Below, piece after piece: positions 52,449 through 64,000 of a stretch of 64,000 nucleotides of DNA (the first letter of the stretch is position 1; each line of letters begins with the position of its first letter). The notes below the pieces were generated by a model. That model did no database searches. It had not been told where the DNA came from and worked only from the letters and a program-made list of their open reading frames with translations. The DNA lies in NCBI GenBank assembly GCA_047967505.1, contig CM106538.1; one strand, written 5' to 3'. The stretch comes from Dipteris shenzhenensis. Lineage: Eukaryota. Position numbers and translations under genes: made by a program.

Positions 52449-52975
52449 CTAATTAATCAATCTATTAAATTTCTTAATAAGAGAGGCTACCTAATTAGTT
52501 GTTAGTTTAACTATCACTTGTTTGATTAATTATTGATTAGCTTGTTGATTGATCATTGATTAGCTTGTTGATTGATTATTGATTAATTCTTAATTAATTA
52601 CTAATTAAAATTTTAATTATTTTTTATTTTACTAACTTGTTTTTAACAAATTACTAATTGAATTCTTATTCAATTAATAATTAGTTTGTATTACTAAATA
52701 ATTATTAATTATTTATTTAATTGATAATTTGATAATTCATTCCTTAATTATTAATTTCTATAAATTTCTTTATTACTAGCTAATTTTTATACAAAATTCT
52801 TAATTACTATTTTATTACTAACTACTTTCTTGATTATTATTAATTTATTCCTTAACTAATTAATACTTAGATTTTATTATTAATTAATTGGTAATTATTT
52901 AATTTCTTAATTAATATTTGATTTATTAATCATTAATTTTTATTACTTACTAATTTTTTATTAATTCCTTAATCA
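52449..52975. repeat. Extremely AT-rich low-complexity tract (TTAATTA/TTATTA)
   Basis: Direct reading of the sequence. Confidence 0.85.
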
Positions 52976-53026
52976 TTGTAGATAGAGGCTGTAAGATAGG
53001 AAAGTTGATATGCCCAGCCAAGGTAC

Positions 53027-54620
53027 TGAGAGTGCTCTCAACGGAAGCAAGAACGGAAGAAGGAGAGAGAGAGATAGAGAGACAGAGAGCCACAAGTTTG
53101 GTGGGTGCAGAACCACCCTAATCTTCTTTTTCATTCATTTATATATGTGTTTGAGTGTTGTACATAAGCGGGGTAAAGGCACAGTGACCTTTAACCCCCA
53201 CAACCTCCCACTTAAAGGACAATGTGCCTTTAAGGGAGAACAACCAGTGAGCATACTATCCAATGCCCATCAATACACGACAATACTCAAACCGCTGACT
53301 AGGTAGACTCTTCGTCAGCATATCTGCAGGGTTATCGTCTGTATGAACCTTAACAAGCTCTATGCGCTTGTCCTCAAGTACCTCCCTGATGAAATGGTAC
53401 CTGACCTCAATGTGTTTGGTCTTTGCATGAAAGACCGGATTCCGTGCTATCTGAATAGCACTCATGGAATCACTATGCAATGTCGGCACACCTGTATGAA
53501 TCCCCAAAACTCCCACTAGCCGATCAAGCCATATAGCCTCCTTGCAACCCTCTGTGGTTGCAACACATACTCAGCCTCTGTGGTAGACAAAGCAATGCAC
53601 TTCTATGCGCGAGACATCCACGACACTGCACCACCTGCAAAGGTGAACACATAACCAGAAGTGGATCTCCTACTATCCACATGCCCTGCATAGTCTGAAT
53701 CTGTGTACCCAAGTACACGCATGTCTCCTTTACCAAAGCAAATGCACATCTCCTTGGTACCCTTCATGTACCTCATGATGCACTTAACTGCCTCCCAATG
53801 CCTCTTTCCTGGATTAGCCATATACCGGCTAACAACTCCCACTGCAAATGCAATGTTTGGTCTAGTAGCTATCATAGCATACATAAGACTCCCAACCGTT
53901 GATGCATAAGGAACCTTGGCCATCATGGCCCTTTCCTCATCTAATTTGGGACTATCTGTATGACTCAGTTTCACATATGGAGGCAATGGAGTACTCACTG
54001 CCTTCCCCCCCTCCATATTGAAACGATGCAATACTTTTGTAACATACTCCTTCTGTGAAAGCCAAGGGAGTTTCCTACTCCGATCACGCGTAATGCGCAT
54101 ACCAAGAATATGACCTGCAAGTCCCAAATCCTTCATATCAAAGGCCTCATGCAACTTGGCCTTTAATGCATCTAGCTCATAAGTATTCTTGCTAGCCAAT
54201 AGCATATCATCCACATATAGTGCCAGGATTATCAGGCTATTATCCTTAGCCCTTTTAGTGTAGAGGCAGTGATCAATTTCACCCCTTCTAAAACCGTGGG
54301 ACCGAATGAAAGCATCAAACTTGTGATACCATTCTCTAGGTGCTTGCTTAAGACCATAGAGACTTTTCTTCAGCTTGCAAACTAAATGCTCTTTGCCCTT
54401 TTCTTCAAAGCCTTCCGGCTGCACCATGTAAATTTCCTCATGCAAATCCCCATACAAGAAAGCTGTCTTGACATCCATCTGCATAAGCTCCATATCCTCT
54501 GATGCCACTAGTCCAAGCATGCATCTAAGTGTGGTCATCTTCACAACCGGAGAGAATATCTCATCAAAGTTCACACCCTTCTCTTGCTTGAACACTTTAG
54601 CAACCAAACGGGCCTTGTAC
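53027..54620 (-). mobile_element. Copia A-family copy 2, 3' part (3' LTR 53027-53202 plus RT/RH)
   Basis: Reverse complement of copia A ~46817-48767; interrupted at 54620 by gypsy copy 2. Confidence 0.95.
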
Positions 54621-55617
54621 TGTTATGGATAAAATTGTCTAAGGAAAAAAAGGCATTAATATGTGTGTGTGTTTGTATATGTGGCAATAGTATAATAAAA
54701 TATGGTGTGCATAGGGCCCAGGGTTGAGGTGGCAGGGCATGACCATGTGCCACCCTTCCATGTAAGAGGACCCATAAGGTGTGTTGTACATAATCCATGA
54801 TAGTAATATTATAAAATGCAAGGTGGCATGGCTCCTCCATGTGCCACCCCTCCACCTAGGCTGCATTAAGTGAGATATGGCTCAAAGTCCATGGGAGAAG
54901 CAATATAAAATAGGTGGAGATAGATATTATATTGTGTTATTCCCTCCATATGGGATAGGCCCATGTGGGGGAGGTATAGAAGGACCAAGAGAGCTAGTTA
55001 AATAATGGGGAAAGTAGGATGAGGTGGCAAGATTCCTTGTGCCAACCCTCCACTTGTCCTCCTAGAGGTTTGAACATATTATAAAATTGGAAAGAGACCA
55101 AGGGAGTATCATAGACTTGAGATATGGGGCTTGATTTATGTGGAAAATTGAGGCAAAGGGTTGTCGCACACAATTGAGAGTGTGTAACCACCTAGCCCAC
55201 ATGGGAGACTTTTCCACACACACCATGCATGTGGGAGGATACATTAATGTGGAGAGACCCCCTCTTTTGGCTATAAAAGGAAGGGGCTATTCCTTGATGA
55301 GACACGCTCATTCTTGTAAAGCCACCTAGCTAGTATTTTGATATTTCCCTCTCATCCCTTCTTTCAAATAAAGTATGGTTCTCTTCCCTTGATGTTTACA
55401 TCCCCACATTCCTCCTCCTATCATGTACATGCTTCTCTTCCCCCTCTCCCTTTCCCCTTGTGTCATAGTCTCCCTTTTCCTTCCCTCCACTTCTAATTCC
55501 TTTTTCACCCCAATGACATCCCTTCGCCCTCATGATCTCCTTTTCTCTATGGCCTTTGAGCGTCGCCATACTTAGCCTCTAGCCTCTGGTCTCGATAACT
55601 TTTCCGGCTAAAAGTTT

Positions 55618-55635
55618 TGGTGTGGCTACTGGGAT
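55618..55635 (+). promoter_or_regulatory. Primer-binding site, complementary to the 3' end of tRNA-His
   Basis: TGGTGTGGCTACTGGGAT lies just after the LTR end defined by the solo LTR. It matches the recalled plant tRNA-His(GUG) 3' end (...ATCCCAGCAGCCACACCA) with one mismatch. Confidence 0.7.
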
Positions 55636-55734
55636 ATGAATCTCCCACGGCTAGTGGCGAATCTTCTACTCGTACGGGTTACATCCACAAAACTATACCA
55701 TCTGTGCACTTTCTAAGCTACTGCGCGTGCATTT

Positions 55735-55972
55735 GACTCGTGCGTCTCCTGTGCGATAGTTCTCTGGACTGCTGCGATTTCTGGTTGCGGACAGTTTTCT
55801 GCGTTCACCCGCGCGACAGTCCTCTAGACTGCTGTGATTTTTGGTTGTGGATAGTTTTCTGTACGATAGTGCTCTGGACTGCTGTGACTTCTGGTTGTGG
55901 ACAGTTTTCTGCACTCACCTGCGCGACAGTTCTCTAGACTGCTGCGGCTTCTGGTCGCGGACTATTTTCTGA
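55735..55972 (+). repeat. ~50-60 bp tandem repeat (4 copies) in the gypsy 5' leader
   Basis: GCGA(C/T)AGT..TCT(A/G)GACTGCTG.G..TTCTGGT.G.GGA.AGTTTTCTG recurs four times. Confidence 0.85.
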
Positions 55973-56350
55973 GCCCCTGCAAAAGAGTAACAGTAGATCC
56001 CACGCCCCCCTATCTCTTTTCTTCTTCTTCTTCTCTTTCTCTTCTCCTTCTCCTCTCCTCTCCTCTCTTTTTATTAAAGAGTAGGATTGGAACCCAAGAC
56101 CTCCCCCTTCACAAAAGAAAGTCTTATTATTGGGCCAACAAGTTGGAAGTGGTAAAAATGTAATGATTTTTGTTCATATATTGAAATCGCGGGAGCTGTA
56201 ACTCTCTAACCATAGGGAGTTTGCTCTTGCTGTAAAAAGAAAAAATACTTCATTTTATGTGCTCTATCCACATCTCTTGCTAGATTGCCGATTCAGAACT
56301 TCTCCAAGCTCACTTCACGGATGCACGCCTCATGAGAAGAGTGGACATTT

Positions 56351-57927
56351 ATGTCACTTCTCGACGTGTTTAAGGAATTGGTGCCTGTTCCTCCGCACCT
56401 TACGGCTACCAATGCACGAGATGTCTTCCTTGATCTTCATGTCGACCTTCAACGGCTAATTGTCCAGTGCATTATTGAAGGAGATGACGGGTGGAATGAT
56501 ACACCGTGGATGATTCATGGTGAAGAACTACTGATACGCTAGGAGGATTTTGATTTTACTTCTACTCATTGTGCGTTGATCGAACTACTTGCTGCTTCAG
56601 AGTTGCTGCTTCAGAGGTAATTAAAACGGTGTCCTTCATCGAAGGGTGGGATGCTCCCCAAGCTTGGGGGGAGATTTGGTGCATCTGCCTTTTGATTCCT
56701 GTGGAAAAGCTCGTCCTGAATGGTTTATTCACAATCTCATTACAAAGGTTTCTAGGCCTCGGCTATGGTTGGTAATGTTTCGACCAAGGAATCCATTTGT
56801 ACCTAATCAGCCTTTTGTGCCTCATTTCGAGCTTCAAATTGTAATTCTTTTTGGGCTTAAGATAAACTATCAACAAAGGATTGCAAGTTTATTTGGTGCT
56901 GAACGTTTGCCTCAAGTGTTGAATTCTCCCCACCCTCTCCTCCTACCTATCTTGGACTACCGAGAAACTTGGGATGTCCGAATTTTAGTTTTGGTGTGAT
57001 GACATCTTGGATTCTTCAATTTGATGGAGCTTACAAACCTTCGACCAAGACGGCTGGCGTGGGTGTGAAGCTCACTTCACCGGGTGGTGAGGAGTATTGT
57101 TACAGCAAGTCTTCACCCGCAAGTACTTGCAATCAAGCGGAGTACTCGGCGCTCATTTTTGGGCTACAAAAGGCACAAGAACATCATGCCAAGCAATTGG
57201 AGGTGCAAGGAGATTCTCAACTAGTGTGTGAACAAGTTAGTGGAAGGTGGAAGGTGCGGAGCAAAGGCTTGGTTCCATGACATCAACAAGCCTTGGAACT
57301 TGCAACCAATTTGAAGAGGTAAAAATTCAGCATATCCCTCGAACTCGAAATCTTGTTGCTGATTTCTTGGCACGTGAAGCTTGTACTTCAATCACGCATG
57401 ATGCGAGTGGAAGCGCCACCCCAACAAAGCCGCAAGCCATGAAGGAGGGTGATCATTTGTAAGGAATGCAAAGGTTGTGGTCATCATGAAACTAAGTGTT
57501 GGGCATACTTGATACGAGTTCACCGACTTCGGCAGATCATCAGGAGGGTTCTCAAGGACATTGCTCAAAAGAAGGATGCCAGACCGCACACCCCTTGAAG
57601 AAATAGCATGGCGACTACCAGAACTGGAAGAAGCTGAAGGTGATGTGCAAGCTCTCCAACTGTTGACATTTGTCATGGCATTCTTGTTTGCCTTGATGAA
57701 CAACCTCATGCAATGCCGCGCCTCTAACCCTCGCTTGTAATGATCGATGTGATATCATGAGGGTTGGTCCTTTTAAGATTGTCTATGTGCTATTCTATGC
57801 TGAAGATTCTTCTCGTGTAATATTTCACACTACACCAGTCACACCCTATCCTGCCTATGTGTGCTTTTTGGAGGTATCTTCACCCGATTTTTAGTTCAAG
57901 CTTCCTCTTACTATTGTTCGTCCATAG
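56351..57927 (+). other. Accessory ORF array of gypsy copy 2: A 56351-56775, B 56775-56999, aRH 56999-57462, D 57398-57598, E 57576-57740, F 57757-57927 (homologous array 37134-38608 in copy 1)
   Basis: ORFs reconstructed from the two copies, whose lesions differ. B and E are intact in copy 2; aRH and F are intact in copy 1; D has a different CpG-type stop in each copy; A is disrupted in both. Confidence 0.65.
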
Positions 57928-57955
57928 ATAAGCCCCTCTTTTCCATCTTCTAAGC

Positions 57956-60900
57956 ATGGCTGACATTCCCGTGTTTTGTGGACGGGTAGAAGAAAATCCC
58001 AATGAGTATCTTGTGGCCTTCAAGCGCCGTTGTGTTTCTCTTAACTTTCTTACTGAAGACAGATGGCTATTGGTTCTTCCCACATGTAGAGGGTTTGGCT
58101 CAAGTGTGGTATGAGAAGCAAACCGAAGACGTTCGCCAAAGCTGGCCAAGGTTGACAGTAGCTATGATTGAGTATTTCGGCAAAGAAGAGGAGCGGGAGA
58201 ATGTGTACCTGTAGGTGGCAAACTTGAAGCAGTCAGAAGGTGAGACGGCACGTCGATATGTGGATCGAGCGGCCGTGCTCCTGGACCGTTTGATTGCCAT
58301 ACATGAGGACAATGCCGGATTTCATGCCGGAATGACTCAGCATGTGCTGGGCTACCTTGTAGCAGGAGCGAGTGATGAATTCCGCCTTAAGCTTAAATGG
58401 GAGAATCCAGAAACTATGGTGCTAGCGCATGAGATTGCTCAAAAGTTTGATAAAGTTCAGTCTGACCCCGCTTCAAAGAAGATGATTGTCCCTCCGCATC
58501 CCCCTCAATTCCTGCAACAACAACCTGGGGGGTCTAACTCAGGGGCATACCCCCACCCCTCATCAGGGATGTATCATGGTCCTCCCTTAGATGCTTACCC
58601 TCAACAAGGTGGATATCCTCATCCTCCGCCTCGAAGATTTCCCCAGCCTCGCCCACGAGCCCCCCTCCTATCTACTCCCGTGGCCCCTCCAACGAAAGAG
58701 GCCCCCCCTACAACAGAACCTGGAGTCAATGACCTAGCCAAGGCCCTAAATGACCTTCGGCTTGAGATGGTGGGCATTAGAAATCAAGCCAACCGCCCTC
58801 CAAGAGATCGTGCTAATGTTGTATGCTACGAGTGCCACCAGAAGGGTCATTATCGTACAAAATGCCCCAATATTCCAAGGGTGAATCTTCTAAGTGAGTC
58901 GGGCACTGAGGATTCTGATGTAGAGATCCTTGACCTCGGGAAAAGAAGTCGTGCCACCTCGGACCCCTCTCCAAACCGTGGACGACCGCCGCCCCAGGAA
59001 GAAGGTGTCCTTCTCAGAGCCCTCAGATGCTGAGATGGCAAACCCACCAACAGAGAAGACTAAAAGATCTCGCAGGAGTAAGTGGTCACCCCCGGATTTT
59101 CCCATCGGCTCAGGGCAAGAGGACTATTCGGTCGTTCAGGACCTTGCTCATCAGTATTTGAGCATCACACTCCCTCAACTAATAGCATTAAGCCCTAAGG
59201 TGAGACGTGAGCTGCAGCAAGGTCTCTCAACAAGGAAGAGCAAGAAAAAGGGAAAGGTACGAGAGGTATCTTCTATCTCTGAAGAAATTGATCGGCATCC
59301 GTATACAGTAGATGTCATCATAGATAATTGCCGTGTCAAAAATGTGTGTGTTGATGGGGGAGCTGCATGTAATATCATGGTGCCCCGAATCATGAAGAAA
59401 TTGAATTTGAAATGTACAAGGCGTTCCTCCACTCGAATCAAGGTAGCAGATGGTCGACGACTCTCCACCATGGGAGTCATTGAGGATTTGCCCATCACTG
59501 TCAATGGGTTGACCACCACTGTCAATTTCTATGTAGTGGACATTGAAGATACAGGCCGAAGTTACCCATCCATACTCGGGAGACCATGGTTGAGAAAAAG
59601 TGATGCAGTCAGCTATTGGAAGACAGGACACATGTCTTTTGGTGCTTCGAAGGAGAAGATCCCAGTGCAACCTGGTGCCATGGAACCGGAAGAAGAAGAG
59701 GAGCATGACAGTGATACTATCTCATTTTCAGTGTTTGAGTCCATGGAAGAATCAGACGGGGGGGAGGAATTCTCAGAGGAGGAAGTTTACATGATGGGGG
59801 TGTCTCCGACCCTGCCACCTGCAGAAAAGATAACAGCTAGTCCTCAACAGCTCGAATCAATGCTTTCTCTAGACCTCACTCCAGGTGAGAAAGATGAGTT
59901 TCTTGAAATGTTCAAAGATTTCCCTGACCTCTTTGCAACTAGCTACCACCACCTTCGCCATGTGACTGCCATAGAGCACAAGATAGAGCTGAAGCCTGAT
60001 GCAAAGCCTGTGGCTCAGAAGTATCGGAGATTAGGGCCCTTGCAGACCGATGCTTTGCGCTCAGAGTTGCAGAAGCTTGTAGAGGCTGGGTTTATTGTTC
60101 CGGTTCACAATACTGAATGGGTTTCACCAGTGGTAGTCATCCCAAAGAAAAACAACAAGTGGCAGGTCTGCATCGACTATAAGAAACTCAATGCTGCCAC
60201 CAAGAGGGATTATCATCCCCTGCCCTTTCAAGACCTCATTCTTGAGAAGGTAAGTGGTCATGAGATGTATACTTTATGTGATGGTTACTCTGGGTTTTAT
60301 CAAATCAGAATTGCCGAGGAAGATGTGCTTAAAACCACATTTGCCACACCCTGGGGGACATTTGCATTCAAAGTAATGCCATTTGGCCTCACCAATGAAA
60401 CTGCCACCTTTCAAAGATTTATGCAGATGGTGTTTGCTCCTTATTTGGGGGATTTCTTGGAGGTGTTTTTAGATGATTTCTGTATATTCTCATCACGTAA
60501 GGAGCACATCATGAAGGTTAGATTGGCCTTCCAAAGGGTCAATGATGCAAATGGCAGTCTCAACCCTGAGAAATGCACCATTGGAGCCACTCAAGGGAGG
60601 TTATTGGGACATGTTGTCTCATCTGAGGGCATCAAGCCTGACCTCGAGAAGGTAGAAGCCATCCTCAAGCTCTCCCCACCTACAACCAAACGTTAGGTAC
60701 GCTCATTTGTCAATCTAGCAGGATACTATCGCCGCTTCATTGATCAATATGCTGCTTTGACACGGCCCATGACTATGCTATTAAAAGATGGGGTTGATTT
60801 CTCTTGGGATGAGGATTGTGATCATGGGTTTGCACAAATCAAGAATGCTCTGGCTTTAGAACCCATTCTACGCAATCCAGACTGGTCAAAGGCCTTCTAT

Positions 60901-62634
60901 ATCAATCCTGGGTTTGGTGAGCACACTCTGGCAGGTATTCTTCTCCAGCAAGGGGAGGATCGGTTCATGTACCCCGTTCGATTTGCTTCTCGACAATTGC
61001 TCGACACTGAGCGACGCTATTCAGAGGCTGACAAGCATGCATTGTCTTTGGTGTTTTGCATTGAGAAATTTAAGCATTATGTGGCTGGAAAGTCCTTCTT
61101 TATACTCACTGGCACTGGTCTTGCAAAGCAGGTTCTTCAATCACCAAATCCCATGGGCCGGTTGGCCAAATGGTTGGCAGTTCTACAAGAATATGATTTT
61201 TCTTTCAAAATTGTAAAAGGGGGTTGTTCCAACTTGAAGAATGCTTTGATTGATTTAGAGGAGTGCCTTGATGTAACCCTGGTAGCAGCCATAGAAGTTG
61301 GGGATCCTTGGTATGGTGGTATCTACAAGTTTTTGACCGCTTTCTCCTTTCCTTCAGAAAGTACAAGCTATGAGAGAAAGAAGATCTGCAGAGATAGTAG
61401 GCGCTACACCCTCCTTGATGGGGTGTTGTACCGTCAAGGCATGGATGGGGTACTCAGATGGGCCATTGATGCAGATGAAGTGCCTAAGGTATTGAAGCAT
61501 TATCATGATGGATTTTGTGGAGGCCACTATGCCAGTGACTATACAGCTAAGAAGATTTTACATGCTGGATACTATTGGCCGACCTTGTTCAAGGATGTCA
61601 CTTTGTATTGCAAAACCTGTGAACCATGTCAATTCTTTAATAGGAAGGATTTGCGTCCCGGGCAACATCGCCCAGTGATGTCCATCCATCCGTTTCAGAA
61701 GTGGGGAATAGATTTTGTCGAGCCCTTGCCCATGACTGCCCGCAAAAAGAAGTATCTTTTGGTAGCCACTCAGTATGTCACTAAGTGGGCTGAAGCTATC
61801 GCTCTCCCTGCTGCAAATGGCAAGGCAGTTTCAAATTTCATATTTGAACGTATATGCACAAGGTTTGGGACACCCATGGAGATAGTCTCTGACCATGGGA
61901 ATCCATTCTTAAATGAAGCAGTGGAGTTACTCATGGATCGCACGGGCATTGATCATCACACTTCTAGCATTTATTATACAGCATCCATGGGTCAAACAGA
62001 GCGAACCAATGGCCTCCTCTGTAAAACCATAGGAAAAATGGCCGCAGGGAACAGGAGCCAATGGGATCAGAAGGTCACTGAAGCCGTGTGGGCTTACAAC
62101 ATCACTCATAAAACATCTACAGGTCACACCCCTTTTGAGTTGGTGTATGGTATTGAGGCAGTTTTACCACTAGAGATAGAGATTCTGGCCTTGAGATTGG
62201 CACAGGAACAGAGGATGTCAGAAGATGAACATGTAGAGGCCAGATTGGTACAACTTGAGAAGTTAGATGAGACCCGACGCCTTGCACTACACCAAACAGA
62301 GATCCAAAAGAATCGACAAAAGGCCCGATTGGATGCTAAGATTCGCAAGGGATGGGAAAGACACTTTACTGAGGGGGATGTTGTGCTATGCTTTGATAAC
62401 AGATTGAACCACCAAATGGATAAGAAGTTTCTGCCACTGTGGGTTGGTCCATACAAAGTCATCAAAGAACGTAGCAATGGGTCTATACAAGTTCAGGAGC
62501 TGCATGAACCATATGGCAAGAAGGTGATCAACAAGCGTTACCTCAAGCCTTTCTTTGTGCGTGATGGTCCCAGGCATGGAAATGCTGTGCATTCCCTGCC
62601 TGGGGGGGGAACTGTTATGGATAAAATTGTCTAA
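57956..62634 (+). pseudogene. Gypsy gag-pol of copy 2 (few lesions: frameshifts ~58085 and ~58985, stops 58212 and 60694)
   Basis: CYECHQKGHYRTKC; VCVDGGAACNI; WVSPVVV..CIDYKKLN..MPFGL..FLDDF; degenerate RH; HYHDGFCGGH..CKTCEPC, WGIDF..SDHG..GQTERTN; GPY motif; no chromodomain. The ORF ends inside the 3' LTR. Confidence 0.93.
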
Positions 62635-62923
62635 GGAAAAAAAGGCATTAATATGTGTGTGTGTTTGTATATGTGGCAATAGTATAATAAAATATGGTGT
62701 GCATAGGGCCCAGGGTTGAGGTGGCAGGGCATGACCATGTGCCACCCTTCCATGTAAGAGGACCCATAAGGTGTGTTGTACATAATCCATGATAGTAATA
62801 TTATAAAATGCAAGGTGGCATGGCTCCTCCATGTGCCACCCCTCCACCTAGGCTGCATTAAGTGAGATATGGCTCAAAGTCCATGGGAGAAGCAATATAA
62901 AATAGGTGGAGATAGATATTATA

Positions 62924-64000
62924 TTCTTTTGAATAAGCACATCCCTTATTTGTTCTTTCCACAAAGAAAAGTTTGTCCCATCAAACTTTTTAATGCTGAA
63001 AAACTCCTTTTCAGACATGGAAGAGGATGCCATGATGCAAATGAAACAAAATCTCAAATGCTAGTGCCTGCAAGAGAGAATCGCACCAAATACTAGGTGC
63101 ACCCAAATGTGTATGCCACAATAGAGTGAAATATCACCAAAACTCAAAGCTCAAAGCATCAAAAGATGCATCTGACTCATGTGCATATACTATGCATCCA
63201 TATGAGCAAATCTGGCCCAAAAGAAAATGCCAACTGCAATGGCAATCCAAAATGCCAATAAGTGCCAAATGACTCAAGCATAAACATCGTCCACGGGCAT
63301 ATGCATTAATATATATCATCCAAGAGAGCATAGCACTATCAGTGCATCACCTGCAATGTGTCAAAGCTGTCCCTCAGCATAAAATAGCATCCATGTGCAA
63401 AGCGTCCATAAAAAATAGCATCCCACAAGGCAATTTGGGCCTATCAGCGCATCCAATAAGGACCGTAATGCATCCAAATGGCCTATAAATCATCCACTGC
63501 AACCCAATGCACACCACAAATGAGCGTACACTGCTCAAACTACAACCAGAGTGATCTGCATAAGGTACGCTCAAGAAATCATAGTCCCACGGTAATGACC
63601 GCTATTGAAAATAGAACCTGAGATGCCTCAAAATATGGGCGCCATTGCATAATCAGAATCAGCAAGAAAATCTGCAAATATCTCTCTTCTACCAGAACTC
63701 CAAAATCCCAACCGATGAGTGAGAAATGGGAGTCAACACTTATCCACTGCCATGTGGCATAAATCTAAGGTTTCAAAACCTTAGAAGGAAAAATGCATAA
63801 CAAAGAGACGAAATCGAATACACAGAGATCTATAACTCTGAAAATCCTCCACTGAATCGCGCAAGAACTGATAGGTAGGGGTTTTTGGGCATCCGGAACA
63901 CAATGGGACAGAAGGTTTTCGAAACCGTGGTCTCAATCACTGGGTCCAACACACGGACTGAAAAACGTTTTTGGAAACAGAGCGGTTTGTAAACTTCACC
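62924..64000 (-). mobile_element. Copia A-family copy 2, 5' part (leader and gag start), runs off the window
   Basis: Reverse complement of copia A ~43180-44225 (MASSSMSEKEFFSIKKFDGTNF). Confidence 0.93.

Larger units (their letters stand above)
54621..62925 (+). mobile_element. Ty3/gypsy non-chromovirus element with upstream aRH, copy 2 (5' LTR 54621-~55613; 3' LTR 62613-62925, truncated)
   Basis: TGTTATGGATAAAATTG at 54621 and 62613; PBS 55618-55635; PPT 62602-62612; accessory ORF array followed by gag-pol. Confidence 0.95.

Overview
Eukaryotic, land-plant-like genomic DNA (spliceosomal introns, plant tRNA-type primer sites, CpG/CHG decay); the species cannot be determined from the sequence. 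One intact host gene is present: a 12-exon PQ-loop (YPQ/PQLC2-like) transporter on the minus strand, 21621-24618. The rest is mostly transposon-derived: a decayed CACTA element (10.9-18.7 kb) with divergent TnpA-like and TnpD genes and a 2.3-kb palindromic satellite in a probable intron, a solo LTR, and a nested LTR-retrotransposon block (34-64 kb) holding three Ty1/copia families and two copies of one non-chromovirus Ty3/gypsy family. The gypsy family is the main candidate for an undescribed system. The RNase H in its pol has lost its catalytic acidic residues in both copies, while an archaeal-type RNase H (aRH) is encoded as a stand-alone ORF upstream of gag. That ORF lies in a virus-like array of about six small ORFs, two of whose junctions are TAATG/TGATG stop-start overlaps, and the element appears to be primed by tRNA-His. 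All domain calls come from motif recognition by eye; no database searches were run.
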